A stretch of DNA of 64,000 nucleotides from positions 4,704 through 68,703 of the forward strand of contig JAYOBT010000006.1 of assembly GCA_038105035.1 (NCBI GenBank), in the 5' to 3' direction. Under the pieces are notes generated by a model that did no database searches, was not told where the DNA came from, and was given only the letters and a program-made list of their open reading frames with translations. Position 1 is the stretch's first letter. The number at the start of each line of letters is the position of its first letter. Positions 34,473 through 42,983 of this stretch are shown here, in pieces. The translations under genes and the position numbers were made by a program. The stretch is from Candidatus Poseidoniales archaeon. GTDB taxonomy: Archaea > Thermoplasmatota > Poseidoniia > Poseidoniales > Poseidoniaceae.

Positions 34473-36065
34473 TCAAACAGCCTTTGGCGCTGCTTGGTTG
34501 ACAGCATCTGATACTCCAGCAGCGTATCGCTCGAAATTCTCGTTGAACATGTTGGCGAGTTTTTCCGCTGTCGCATCGTAGGCCGTCTTGTCATCCCATG
34601 TGGTACGTGGCTGCAAGACGTCGCTTGGAACATCTGGGCATGAGGTTGGAACTTCGAAACCGAAACGGTCGTCCTTGACGTACGCAACGTTGTCAAGTTC
34701 ACCATCGAGAGCTGCGTTCAACATAGCACGAGTGTATCGGATCTTCATTCGGTTTCCGACACCGTATGGGCCACCATTCCAGCCGGTGTTGATGAGCCAA
34801 GCCGTCGATCCGTGCTGTTCCATCTTTGCAGAGAGGAGGTCAGCGTAGACGCCTGGATGCATAGGCATGAACGGTTCACCAAAGCAGGCAGAGAAAGTTG
34901 CTTGTGGTTCTTTGACACCAACTTCGGTTCCTGCTACCTTTGCGGTGTAGCCAGAAATGAAGTGGTAGGCTGCCTGTTCTGGCGTGAGACGAGAAATCGG
35001 TGGAAGAACGCCGAACGCATCACAAGTCAGGAAGATGACGTTCTGAGGATGGCCTCCGCGTGAATCCATGGTACGGTTGTCGATGAATTCGATTGGGTAA
35101 GAGCCTCGTGTGTTCTGAGTCTTACTGACATCAGTAAAGTCAGGCACACCGCTTCCATCGAGAACAACGTTCTCAAGAACAGTCCCTCGACGCCGAGTTG
35201 TTCCGAAAATTTCAGGCTCATCTTCCTCTGACAAGTCGATGAGTTTCGCATAGCAGCCACCTTCGAAGTTGAAGACACCGTTGGCACCCCATCCGTGCTC
35301 ATCATCACCGATGAGGGCACGCTTTGGATCGGCTGAAAGTGTGGTCTTTCCTGTTCCTGAAAGACCGAAGAAAATCGCCGTGTTTTCACCGTTGGTGTTC
35401 GCAGAACAGTGCATTGGGAGGATACCCTTCTTCGGTAGAATTAGGTTCATGACCGAGAAAATCGATTTCTTAATCTCTCCAGCATATCGTGTTCCACCGA
35501 TGATGACTTCCCCAGCAGCATAGTTGACGATGACGAAACATTGTGAGTTGAGCGCATCGTCATCAGCTTCGAAATGTGGTGCGTGGAAGACAGTGAATTC
35601 TGGTGTGTGCGATGCAAGTTCTTCATCCGATGGTCGAATGAACATGTTGCGGGCGAAGGTGCTGTGCCATGCATTGTGCGTAATGACACGGATTGGTAGT
35701 GCTTCGCTTGGCTCTGCTCCACATGCCAAGTCCTGAACGAACAAGGCGTCCTGCTCGGAAAGGAAGCCAACAACCTGGGCTCGCATGCGCTCAAAAGTGG
35801 CGAGATCGGTTGAGACATTCACATCTCCCCAATTGACGTCGTCATGTGTGGATGCTTCATCGACGATGTACTTGTCGTTCGGGGAACGGCCGGTGCGTTC
35901 ACCCGTCTCGGTGACGAGTGCTCCGTGAGCACTCAAAACGCCTTCATTTCTTGATAAGGAAATGTCGATCAGTGCATCGGTATTGAGGTTCCAATGAACC
36001 TCACCTTTCGCATTGATACCATGTGCCGAAAGAGGGGTTGATGTCGGGGTGGAGGTCTCCGCCAT
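34473..36065 (-). CDS. pckA: phosphoenolpyruvate carboxykinase (ATP)
   Basis: 530 aa. Contains GRSPNDKYIV, FFGLSGTGKTTLS (kinase-1a), IGDDEHGW and NTGWNGG. Confidence 0.9.
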   Translation of the reverse strand: MAETSTPTSTPLSAHGINAKGEVHWNLNTDALIDISLSRNEGVLSAHGALVTETGERTGRSPNDKYIVDEASTHDDVNWGDVNVSTDLATFERMRAQVVGFLSEQDALFVQDLACGAEPSEALPIRVITHNAWHSTFARNMFIRPSDEELASHTPEFTVFHAPHFEADDDALNSQCFVIVNYAAGEVIIGGTRYAGEIKKSIFSVMNLILPKKGILPMHCSANTNGENTAIFFGLSGTGKTTLSADPKRALIGDDEHGWGANGVFNFEGGCYAKLIDLSEEDEPEIFGTTRRRGTVLENVVLDGSGVPDFTDVSKTQNTRGSYPIEFIDNRTMDSRGGHPQNVIFLTCDAFGVLPPISRLTPEQAAYHFISGYTAKVAGTEVGVKEPQATFSACFGEPFMPMHPGVYADLLSAKMEQHGSTAWLINTGWNGGPYGVGNRMKIRYTRAMLNAALDGELDNVAYVKDDRFGFEVPTSCPDVPSDVLQPRTTWDDKTAYDATAEKLANMFNENFERYAAGVSDAVNQAAPKAV

Positions 36066-36178
36066 GGCTTTGGCTACCGCGGACCCTCTTTGTCCCTTTC
36101 TCTTCGGCCGTGATAAAATCCGTGCAAAACTTTGGGAAAGGGAGAAGGTTTCAAACGGGACTCTGCTAGGACATTGGT

Positions 36179-39100
36179 ATGGAGGAGGACGGTCTAGACC
36201 ACGACCCTGTGGAAGACGATGTTCTCCGCCAGAAAGAATTCCGCCGAGGTGGAGGAATCGACCTCGGCCAATTCATGATTCAAGAGCCTGAAAACGATGT
36301 GAAAATCGAAGAGGTCGTTCCAGAGAAGGAAACGGACGAAGCTGTTGGGGAAATCGCTTCTTTGTTCAGTTCTGAAGACGAACAAACCGACGAGCCGGGT
36401 GCCATCAAGCGTGATGGAACCGTCGATGAAGCCGCAGCACCAGACAGTGTGACCGATATGGCGGTTCATGGCGAGCGGCGGCTCGGTTATGGCCTTCTTG
36501 CGGGAATGGTTCTTGTCTGGTCTGTTTTGGGCTGGGTGGTAGGAACCGCATTGCCTCCCTTCCTCGGAGGGCCGTTGCTCATCATTATGGGCCTCTCCGG
36601 ATTATGGGCTGGAGAAAAATGGATTCCAAATCCAGCGATGCACCTTCTCGGTGTGACATGGGTCATCATTTCGATGAAAATCTTGTACGGATTTGCCCTC
36701 GATGTGCATCACTGGGGTTGGCTGGATGCTTCACCGCTTGGCGCAGATCTCTCGCTCGGCATCTTCTTGCTTGCGTTGATTGGTTTCAACGTCCTCATTG
36801 CTCAACGCCACGATGATGATGCCATCGCTGCACAAGCGACATTGGTTTTACTCGCTCTTGGGAGCGCAACTGGAGCTCTGTACGACGAACTTGGTGTTGC
36901 AGGAATGATTCTACTTGGCACCTTATCCATGCATGGTCTCGCTCTCCATCGAAAGTCAGGAAACCTAGCAAGTCTCGGCATTGCCGTATCCTATCTCTGG
37001 ATCGGACTGCATGCCTTCTCCAACGATTGGACCATCGCCAGCATCGAAATCGTTTCCTTCGATGATGACCTTCTGTTGTTCATGCTGATGTTTGCAGTGA
37101 CCGCAACCAACTCCGTAATGGCAACACAGTTCCACAAAGCCGAGAATTGGTTCTCGGCTGCTGCGAAAGCCCTCGGTCTCGGCAAACCAGGTTTGTGGGC
37201 CATCTCTGTTGGTCTTGGAATGATTGGAGCATTGCTTTCGATTGCAGCGAATCGAGACGAGACCGGTTATGCACTCGCTCAACTGCTGTTGCTCATGAGC
37301 GCCTTTGGTGGCTCCTATCTCGCTGTACGTGGCGTTGAGTGGAGGCGTCTCGCCCCGTTCATCTTGTTCCCAGCACCGTTCCTTCTGATTCTCGTGATCC
37401 TTCTCAATTTGGAAGTCGTTACCGTCGACATTGCCAATTTGAGCGCTTACAGCATCTATGCGATTCTCACAGCCCTTCTCACGACCATCGCACTGCTTCG
37501 CAATCAGCAGGCAGTTTCCGATCACGTTCTATGGATGGGTGGCATCATCATCGTTATCCTTCTAACCGTCTTGATTCCGGCAGATACCGATGGTTGGCGA
37601 CTCCTCGCCTCTCAAGCAATTGTTTGGCTTGGTCTTGCATGGCTTGGGGTCCAACGCAAATCTCCTTCCATCTCTGGAGTTGCCGTTCTGATGCCATGGG
37701 TTTGGTTGTTGATGTTTGCAACCGATGTTGAATCCCGGATGTTTTCGAACGATTTCATTCCTGTCGTCCTCGACGAGCAGCATGTTGCAGCATGGATGCT
37801 GTTGCTCGTTGTTCAGCAACTCTATGTCAACCTGAGTCAAGGTCAGGCGACGTTGAATCTTGCTGGACGATTGGCGGGTTTGAGCGAACTCGGTGCTCGA
37901 GCTCGTGATTCTGGGCTCTTGCAATTGTGGAACCTTTCGTTCGTTCTTTCTCTCGTTTCGGTATGGGGCATCACTCGCGTCGGAGGCATGCCCGCTTGGG
38001 GTCTTATCGGCATCATGGCAGCGGTCCTTGTCTTCCATGGAACCTTGGTCGCCCTCGGCCAACATCGTGGACAACCAAGAACCATGTTGGTCGCATGGAG
38101 CATCTTTGCACTTCACTTCGGATGGAAATTCGGCCATACCTCGATGTTTGCTGCTACGATGGTCGCTGGATGTTCCCTGATGTTGGTTCATACCGATCGG
38201 TTCCTGAGCGACAAAGACAACGCAAAGCGGAACCAAACCAACAGCATCGTCACCTACCAATTACTCGCTATGAGTGCCCTCCTAGCCATTCCAGCATTGA
38301 GGAACGAAGCATCGCTTGAGTTGACCAATGCGGATTGGTTCCCACAAGATGGGCAAGATGCCATGATGATGGGTCTCATCTCAATGGGGACGCTGTTCCA
38401 TTACCTAAGCCGTGTCACAAAGATGGACAAGTTGCTTCCACCAACGCTTGCAACAGTCGCCATGATTGGTTTGATGTTGTTCACTGGCACTGCACTCGAA
38501 CTTCAATTACTGACCATTATGGCATTGCTCAGTTTCGTTGGTTCAGGCGCTTACCTAGCCTTCCAAGGTGAATGGCGCTCAGGTATGCGTTCCGTCGCTC
38601 GACGCGATGAACGTTTGCGAGAAATTGAAACCAAACAGCGTACACAGATTGCATACAATCAGACACGTGAGGAGACGGGCGTTCAGTTCATCGATCCGAA
38701 GATGATCGAACTCGCTGAAAAGCAGAAGAAGCGTGCTAAACGTGCTGGCTCCACGGGTGAGATGGATCTTGAATTGGGGGATATCCAACACCGCCCCAGC
38801 ATCGTTCTCTCCTTCATTGGTGTGACGATTTTTGCCTCAACGTTCTTTGCCTACCTCAGTGGTTCTGGCATAATCGCCTTGTTGCTGATGGGTGGTATGT
38901 CCTTCCTGTTCATCAGTTTAGCACGATTGCGAGCCGATTCGCTCAACCTCCGCTTGGTCGACGTTCTCGGTGTCGAGATTCCCATTGCCGTCACGATGGC
39001 TGGTTTGGTGTTGGTTCATCTGGCATCACGAATGACGCAAGGTAGTGTGTTCCTCGAGGATCAGTATGATTTGCTAATTCTCATTGCTGGCTTGGTCGCT

Positions 39101-39976
39101 TTGGCTGGTTTTGCAATGGTAGGGCGAAACGACCTGGGCGTACGGATACCAAACGTCCTCGACATGGTCGTTGGTTTGTTGGTCATCGATCGCCTGTTTG
39201 GTGTTCTCGCTGGTGGCGAACTTCCGATTCCAACCCTTACGAATCCTCTCGAGTTTGCCGAGATGTCATGGATGGTCCCAGTCATCGGCAACGAAGTCCT
39301 GTTGATAGGTGCAGCTCTGCTGTGGAACTGGGTTGAGCGTGAACGTCAGAAACGCAATTTGCAAGACCATCGTGGTGCGCTTGGTCGTATCTCCTACGGA
39401 TTGTCTATTCTCCTTCTTTCGTTTGGACCAGCAGCCTTGGTTGCCCTTGCACTGATGTTTTTGCGTGGGTGGGAATGGAAGCAGCCAGCCGTCTTGATGA
39501 TTGGATTCATCGTTCTCCCAGTGGCCCTCAACGAACTTGTCTGGTGGGTCGAAGATGAATTCAGTCTTACCTTGTTCGAAATGTGGATGTCATCGATTGC
39601 AATTGGTACACTTGGCCTCATCGCAGGAGGACTTGCAACCTACACCAATCAGGGTCTATGGGTTTCAGCATCGCTCTGGGTTGCTCAGGTGCTCTTCATC
39701 GTCACAGGACTTCTATCGCCATCGTTGCTGTTGTTCGTCCTTCTGACCCTCGCCATGTCGACAACCTCGTGGGTGATTGGCGTGCTTACCTTACGCCGGG
39801 GATGGCGTATTGTTGGATTCCTCAACCTTGTTCTTGCATGGATCGTCGCTAGCGTGCTCATCTTCCAAGGCATGACATCCCTCGCAGCCCTGGCTCTGCT
39901 GCTCGCAACCGCAACTTTGCTTGCCATCATCACCTATCTAACGCAATCACGAGACGAATTGCTCGCATCTCAGTAA
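36179..39976 (+). CDS. giant polytopic membrane protein (1265 aa, roughly 30 predicted TM helices), function unknown
   Basis: Acidic ~100-aa N-terminus, then near-continuous hydrophobic helices. One ~90-aa charged loop interrupts them (RRDERLREIETKQRTQ...KQKKRAKRAGSTGEMDLELGD). No catalytic motif recognised. Confidence 0.65.
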   Translation: MEEDGLDHDPVEDDVLRQKEFRRGGGIDLGQFMIQEPENDVKIEEVVPEKETDEAVGEIASLFSSEDEQTDEPGAIKRDGTVDEAAAPDSVTDMAVHGERRLGYGLLAGMVLVWSVLGWVVGTALPPFLGGPLLIIMGLSGLWAGEKWIPNPAMHLLGVTWVIISMKILYGFALDVHHWGWLDASPLGADLSLGIFLLALIGFNVLIAQRHDDDAIAAQATLVLLALGSATGALYDELGVAGMILLGTLSMHGLALHRKSGNLASLGIAVSYLWIGLHAFSNDWTIASIEIVSFDDDLLLFMLMFAVTATNSVMATQFHKAENWFSAAAKALGLGKPGLWAISVGLGMIGALLSIAANRDETGYALAQLLLLMSAFGGSYLAVRGVEWRRLAPFILFPAPFLLILVILLNLEVVTVDIANLSAYSIYAILTALLTTIALLRNQQAVSDHVLWMGGIIIVILLTVLIPADTDGWRLLASQAIVWLGLAWLGVQRKSPSISGVAVLMPWVWLLMFATDVESRMFSNDFIPVVLDEQHVAAWMLLLVVQQLYVNLSQGQATLNLAGRLAGLSELGARARDSGLLQLWNLSFVLSLVSVWGITRVGGMPAWGLIGIMAAVLVFHGTLVALGQHRGQPRTMLVAWSIFALHFGWKFGHTSMFAATMVAGCSLMLVHTDRFLSDKDNAKRNQTNSIVTYQLLAMSALLAIPALRNEASLELTNADWFPQDGQDAMMMGLISMGTLFHYLSRVTKMDKLLPPTLATVAMIGLMLFTGTALELQLLTIMALLSFVGSGAYLAFQGEWRSGMRSVARRDERLREIETKQRTQIAYNQTREETGVQFIDPKMIELAEKQKKRAKRAGSTGEMDLELGDIQHRPSIVLSFIGVTIFASTFFAYLSGSGIIALLLMGGMSFLFISLARLRADSLNLRLVDVLGVEIPIAVTMAGLVLVHLASRMTQGSVFLEDQYDLLILIAGLVALAGFAMVGRNDLGVRIPNVLDMVVGLLVIDRLFGVLAGGELPIPTLTNPLEFAEMSWMVPVIGNEVLLIGAALLWNWVERERQKRNLQDHRGALGRISYGLSILLLSFGPAALVALALMFLRGWEWKQPAVLMIGFIVLPVALNELVWWVEDEFSLTLFEMWMSSIAIGTLGLIAGGLATYTNQGLWVSASLWVAQVLFIVTGLLSPSLLLFVLLTLAMSTTSWVIGVLTLRRGWRIVGFLNLVLAWIVASVLIFQGMTSLAALALLLATATLLAIITYLTQSRDELLASQ

Positions 39977-41559
39977 GCAACGGGATTGAACGTACGCAGC
40001 AAGAGGTTCTGAACCGAACGCATCAGAAGCATGGCATCGAACCCTGGTTCAGGCTCAGAAAAGCGTAAACTGATGCTCGTCTTCTCTTGCGTTCCACTGT
40101 TTCTTAATCCAAAACTGACGTCCATGCCATTGAATTGACAGCGCAGAAGCATCAAATTGGCCTCACCCTCCAGTCCCATGCGTTGCCAGTTTCCAACCTG
40201 ACCTGCGAGTTCCAAGTGTGTTCGAACCATCGCTTCAACAGTATCCGCAAGTTCATTTCGACCGTCCCACATCCAACGGTTTGGATTCTTGACGCTCAGT
40301 CGCTTCTTCCATCCTTTTTCCATCGATTCAGTTCCTGTGCTTTCGAAGGCAAGCAAGGCAAGAAGCAAGGTCATCGCTCCATCGCCAACAAGACTCCATC
40401 GATTGCTTTCGGATGGATGCGGTGATGGAAGAACGATGTGACCCGAATCCTCAATACCGAACAGGAGTGGTTGCTGTTCCTGATTTGGTATGTATGGGGC
40501 AAGAGCATGCGACAACCATCGATCACCAACGGCTGTTTCGAAACCTTGCATGTTGGCATCTTCTTCGATGTTGGATAGGAGTTTGAGATTCGACTCAATG
40601 CTTGCAGCGACGTTCCATGCCATTGGACAAGCACGAAGAACTGCATCTGCGATATCATCACCATCGACTACTTCGACTCCGTCGTTGGTTTCACGAACGA
40701 GCAAGCAACGATCCCCGTCACCGTCGAGAGCAGCACCCAGAAGTGTTCCAATGCCTTGACTTGTCAAGGATTGAATCAAGAGATGTCCGCTCGTGCTCAA
40801 TTCATCCCAATTCCACGATTGCCCCGGAGAGAGTTCTCCTGCTCCACATCCATCGTTCATGGCTGGTGCATTCTGACTGACTTCCTCAACAGAGATTCCT
40901 TGCTGTTGCAGCCAAGTCGCTAACCAATGTGCTGCATGCCCTTTCGAAGAGTCCAACAGCAAACCATTGGAGGGCAACGCCGCTCCAAAAATGGGCTGAA
41001 GCAGAGCAAGTCGGCGCTCCAACCATGCTGCGTGATCAACCGTATGTTCCGAGTCCGGCTTCATCCATGCTTGTCGGTCAACATCGTCGATTTCACGGTC
41101 TTCTTGCGACAACGCGTACGCTGTTTCCGAGACCAGTGTTTCGTAAGCAGGCATGGATTTTCGACCGTGCGCATCAAACACTTTGATGCCTGAATCGTCC
41201 ACAGGATTGTGGCTTGCAGTGATCATGCAGCCGAGTCGAGATTTGGTTTCAAGAACAGCATAATGCAACATCGGTGTTGAAACACAACCGATGTGAACCA
41301 CTTCACAATTGGATGCATGGAAGCCAAGTGTCAACCATGCTGCAAGCGTTGCATTGTGCGGTCGGTCGTCCCATCCAATGACAACCTGACTGCCTTCGCC
41401 GTCTTCAGGCAAACAACGTCCAAGAGCTTCACCGAGCAGTTTCATCAATTGTGGTGTAAGTTGACGTTCGTCAACGACGCGTTCCAATGCACCCTCGTCG
41501 TCGCACGCATCAAGAGAAACACGTCCACGGATTCCATCGGTTCCGAACAGATTGGACAT
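39970..41559 (-). CDS. phosphohexomutase family enzyme (GlmM/phosphoglucosamine mutase-like), long form
   Basis: MSNLFGTDGIRGRV, the active-site loop TASHNP, and the Mg site ALDGDGDRCLLV. At 529 aa it is longer than typical GlmM. Confidence 0.8.
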   Translation of the reverse strand: MSNLFGTDGIRGRVSLDACDDEGALERVVDERQLTPQLMKLLGEALGRCLPEDGEGSQVVIGWDDRPHNATLAAWLTLGFHASNCEVVHIGCVSTPMLHYAVLETKSRLGCMITASHNPVDDSGIKVFDAHGRKSMPAYETLVSETAYALSQEDREIDDVDRQAWMKPDSEHTVDHAAWLERRLALLQPIFGAALPSNGLLLDSSKGHAAHWLATWLQQQGISVEEVSQNAPAMNDGCGAGELSPGQSWNWDELSTSGHLLIQSLTSQGIGTLLGAALDGDGDRCLLVRETNDGVEVVDGDDIADAVLRACPMAWNVAASIESNLKLLSNIEEDANMQGFETAVGDRWLSHALAPYIPNQEQQPLLFGIEDSGHIVLPSPHPSESNRWSLVGDGAMTLLLALLAFESTGTESMEKGWKKRLSVKNPNRWMWDGRNELADTVEAMVRTHLELAGQVGNWQRMGLEGEANLMLLRCQFNGMDVSFGLRNSGTQEKTSISLRFSEPEPGFDAMLLMRSVQNLLLRTFNPVAY

Positions 41560-41568
41560 GAGCTTCCC

Positions 41569-42249
41569 TCAACGTAGCACGGTCTCATCAGCATGATATC
41601 CACTTACGGTCGTATTTGGGTGTACCATGCATGATTTTCCAAGAACGGTTCCTGGGTTGGTGACAGCATTGCAACCGAGTTGTGCATCATCACCAAGGAC
41701 AGCTCCAAATTTACGCAATCCCGTTTCTCTTCGAACATTGTCAAGCCAGATGCCAATCTGTTGACCATCGTTGCGAAGGTTCGACAACTTGACCCCTGCG
41801 CCAAGGTTCACGTTGGATCCGAGAATGGAGTCACCAACATAGTTGAAATGTGGTGCCTTTGCACCAGAAAGGAACAACGAATGCTTCGATTCACTGGCAT
41901 GACCAAGGAGACTACCCGGCATCATCCACGTGTATTCTCGAACATACGCATGCGAGCGAATGGTTGCACTGGCTTCAATCAAACATGGTCCAATCAAATG
42001 GACATGAGGTTCGATGGTGGCTCCTTCTTCGACGTGCACAGGACCTTTTCGCTCATCGATGGTAACGTAATCAACGCCTTGAGGATGCTTCGAGCCTACA
42101 TCTGAAAGCTTGGCATCGAGTTGATGTTTCAAGCCAGAAGGATTGTTTGGATCGAGCAGTGACCAAGCAGGCTCGCTCGAATTCATCATGCTGCGAGCAA
42201 CATCCGATGAAAAAAGAGCCTCAGCTTTGACACCTGAAGGCCAGTCCAT
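41569..42249 (-). CDS. left-handed beta-helix (hexapeptide-repeat) acyltransferase, GlmU C-terminal-domain-like, without a nucleotidyltransferase domain
   Basis: Repeated [LIV]-G-x4 hexapeptides (IGPCLIEASATIRSHAYV, VGDSILGSNVNLGAGVKLSN, LGDDAQLGCNAVTNPGTVLGKSCMV). Ends 10 nt from the mutase gene. Confidence 0.7.
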   Translation of the reverse strand: MDWPSGVKAEALFSSDVARSMMNSSEPAWSLLDPNNPSGLKHQLDAKLSDVGSKHPQGVDYVTIDERKGPVHVEEGATIEPHVHLIGPCLIEASATIRSHAYVREYTWMMPGSLLGHASESKHSLFLSGAKAPHFNYVGDSILGSNVNLGAGVKLSNLRNDGQQIGIWLDNVRRETGLRKFGAVLGDDAQLGCNAVTNPGTVLGKSCMVHPNTTVSGYHADETVLR

Positions 42250-42285
42250 GCCTCATCGAGAGACCTCGCCACATTGAATGTTTGG

Positions 42286-42546
42286 TCATCCCATGGCGTG
42301 ATAGATGCGCTTGCCTGTGGTTGCATCAAGTTTGAAGCCGATGCGGTTCTTCATATGACGCGGGATGAAGTATCCGATCTTTCGCGCGGTTAAACCATGA
42401 TTCCTCATTTTGCGTTCGTTCGACAAGTATGCAACAATATCCGCTGCCGAGCAACCTGGTCGATCTTCGATGTAGGTTGCAATCTCTGCCTTGAGGCGTT
42501 CCAATCGTGCCTCTTTTTGTGTGCCTTTTCCTTTCATTGCGGCCAT
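42286..42546 (-). CDS. small hypothetical protein (86 aa), possibly winged-helix
   Basis: The ATG at 42546 gives MAAMKGKGTQKEARLERLKAEIATYIEDRPGCSAADIVAYLSNERKMRNHGLTARKIGYFIPR... The rest of the 233-aa track ORF is antisense to thioredoxin and is discounted. Confidence 0.45.
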   Translation of the reverse strand: MAAMKGKGTQKEARLERLKAEIATYIEDRPGCSAADIVAYLSNERKMRNHGLTARKIGYFIPRHMKNRIGFKLDATTGKRIYHAMG

Positions 42547-42652
42547 ATAGTAAAGTTGTCTTTGGAAGTATATGACACATCGATGGGACCTCCTTGGGCA
42601 TCCCATGATTTTGCCGGCAAAGGTTCTTGAAACGACGGCCGACCGTTCTTCC

Positions 42653-42982
42653 ATGGGCGAAGTAAAAGCGGTCACAGATTCGGAGTTTGAAGGCGCACTC
42701 AGCGAGAACGAATGGGTTCTCGTTGATTTCTGGGCAGAATGGTGTGGGCCGTGCAAGGCCATTGCTCCTATCTTGAACGATCTTGCATCCGAACGTGATA
42801 TTCTCGTTGCCAAGGTCGATACCGATGCCAACACCATGCACGCTGCTCGACTCGGCGTACGTGGAATCCCTGCTCTCTTCTTGTTCCGAAACGGAACCAT
42901 GGTCGACAACAAAAGCGGAATGATGTCCAAGGCTGCTTTGACCTCTTGGGTCGACAACCACATGACTGCTGATGACTTCTGA
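42653..42982 (+). CDS. trxA: thioredoxin
   Basis: VLVDFWAEWCGPCKAIAPIL contains the WCGPC active site. A start at the ATG at 42653 gives the canonical ~109-aa length. Confidence 0.9.
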   Translation: MGEVKAVTDSEFEGALSENEWVLVDFWAEWCGPCKAIAPILNDLASERDILVAKVDTDANTMHAARLGVRGIPALFLFRNGTMVDNKSGMMSKAALTSWVDNHMTADDF

Positions 42983-42983
42983 A

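Noticed and set aside
37562-38260. 232-aa minus ORF inside the giant membrane protein gene
   Set aside because: It is antisense to a continuous 1265-codon ORF with consistent TM-helix periodicity. The minus product has no motif.
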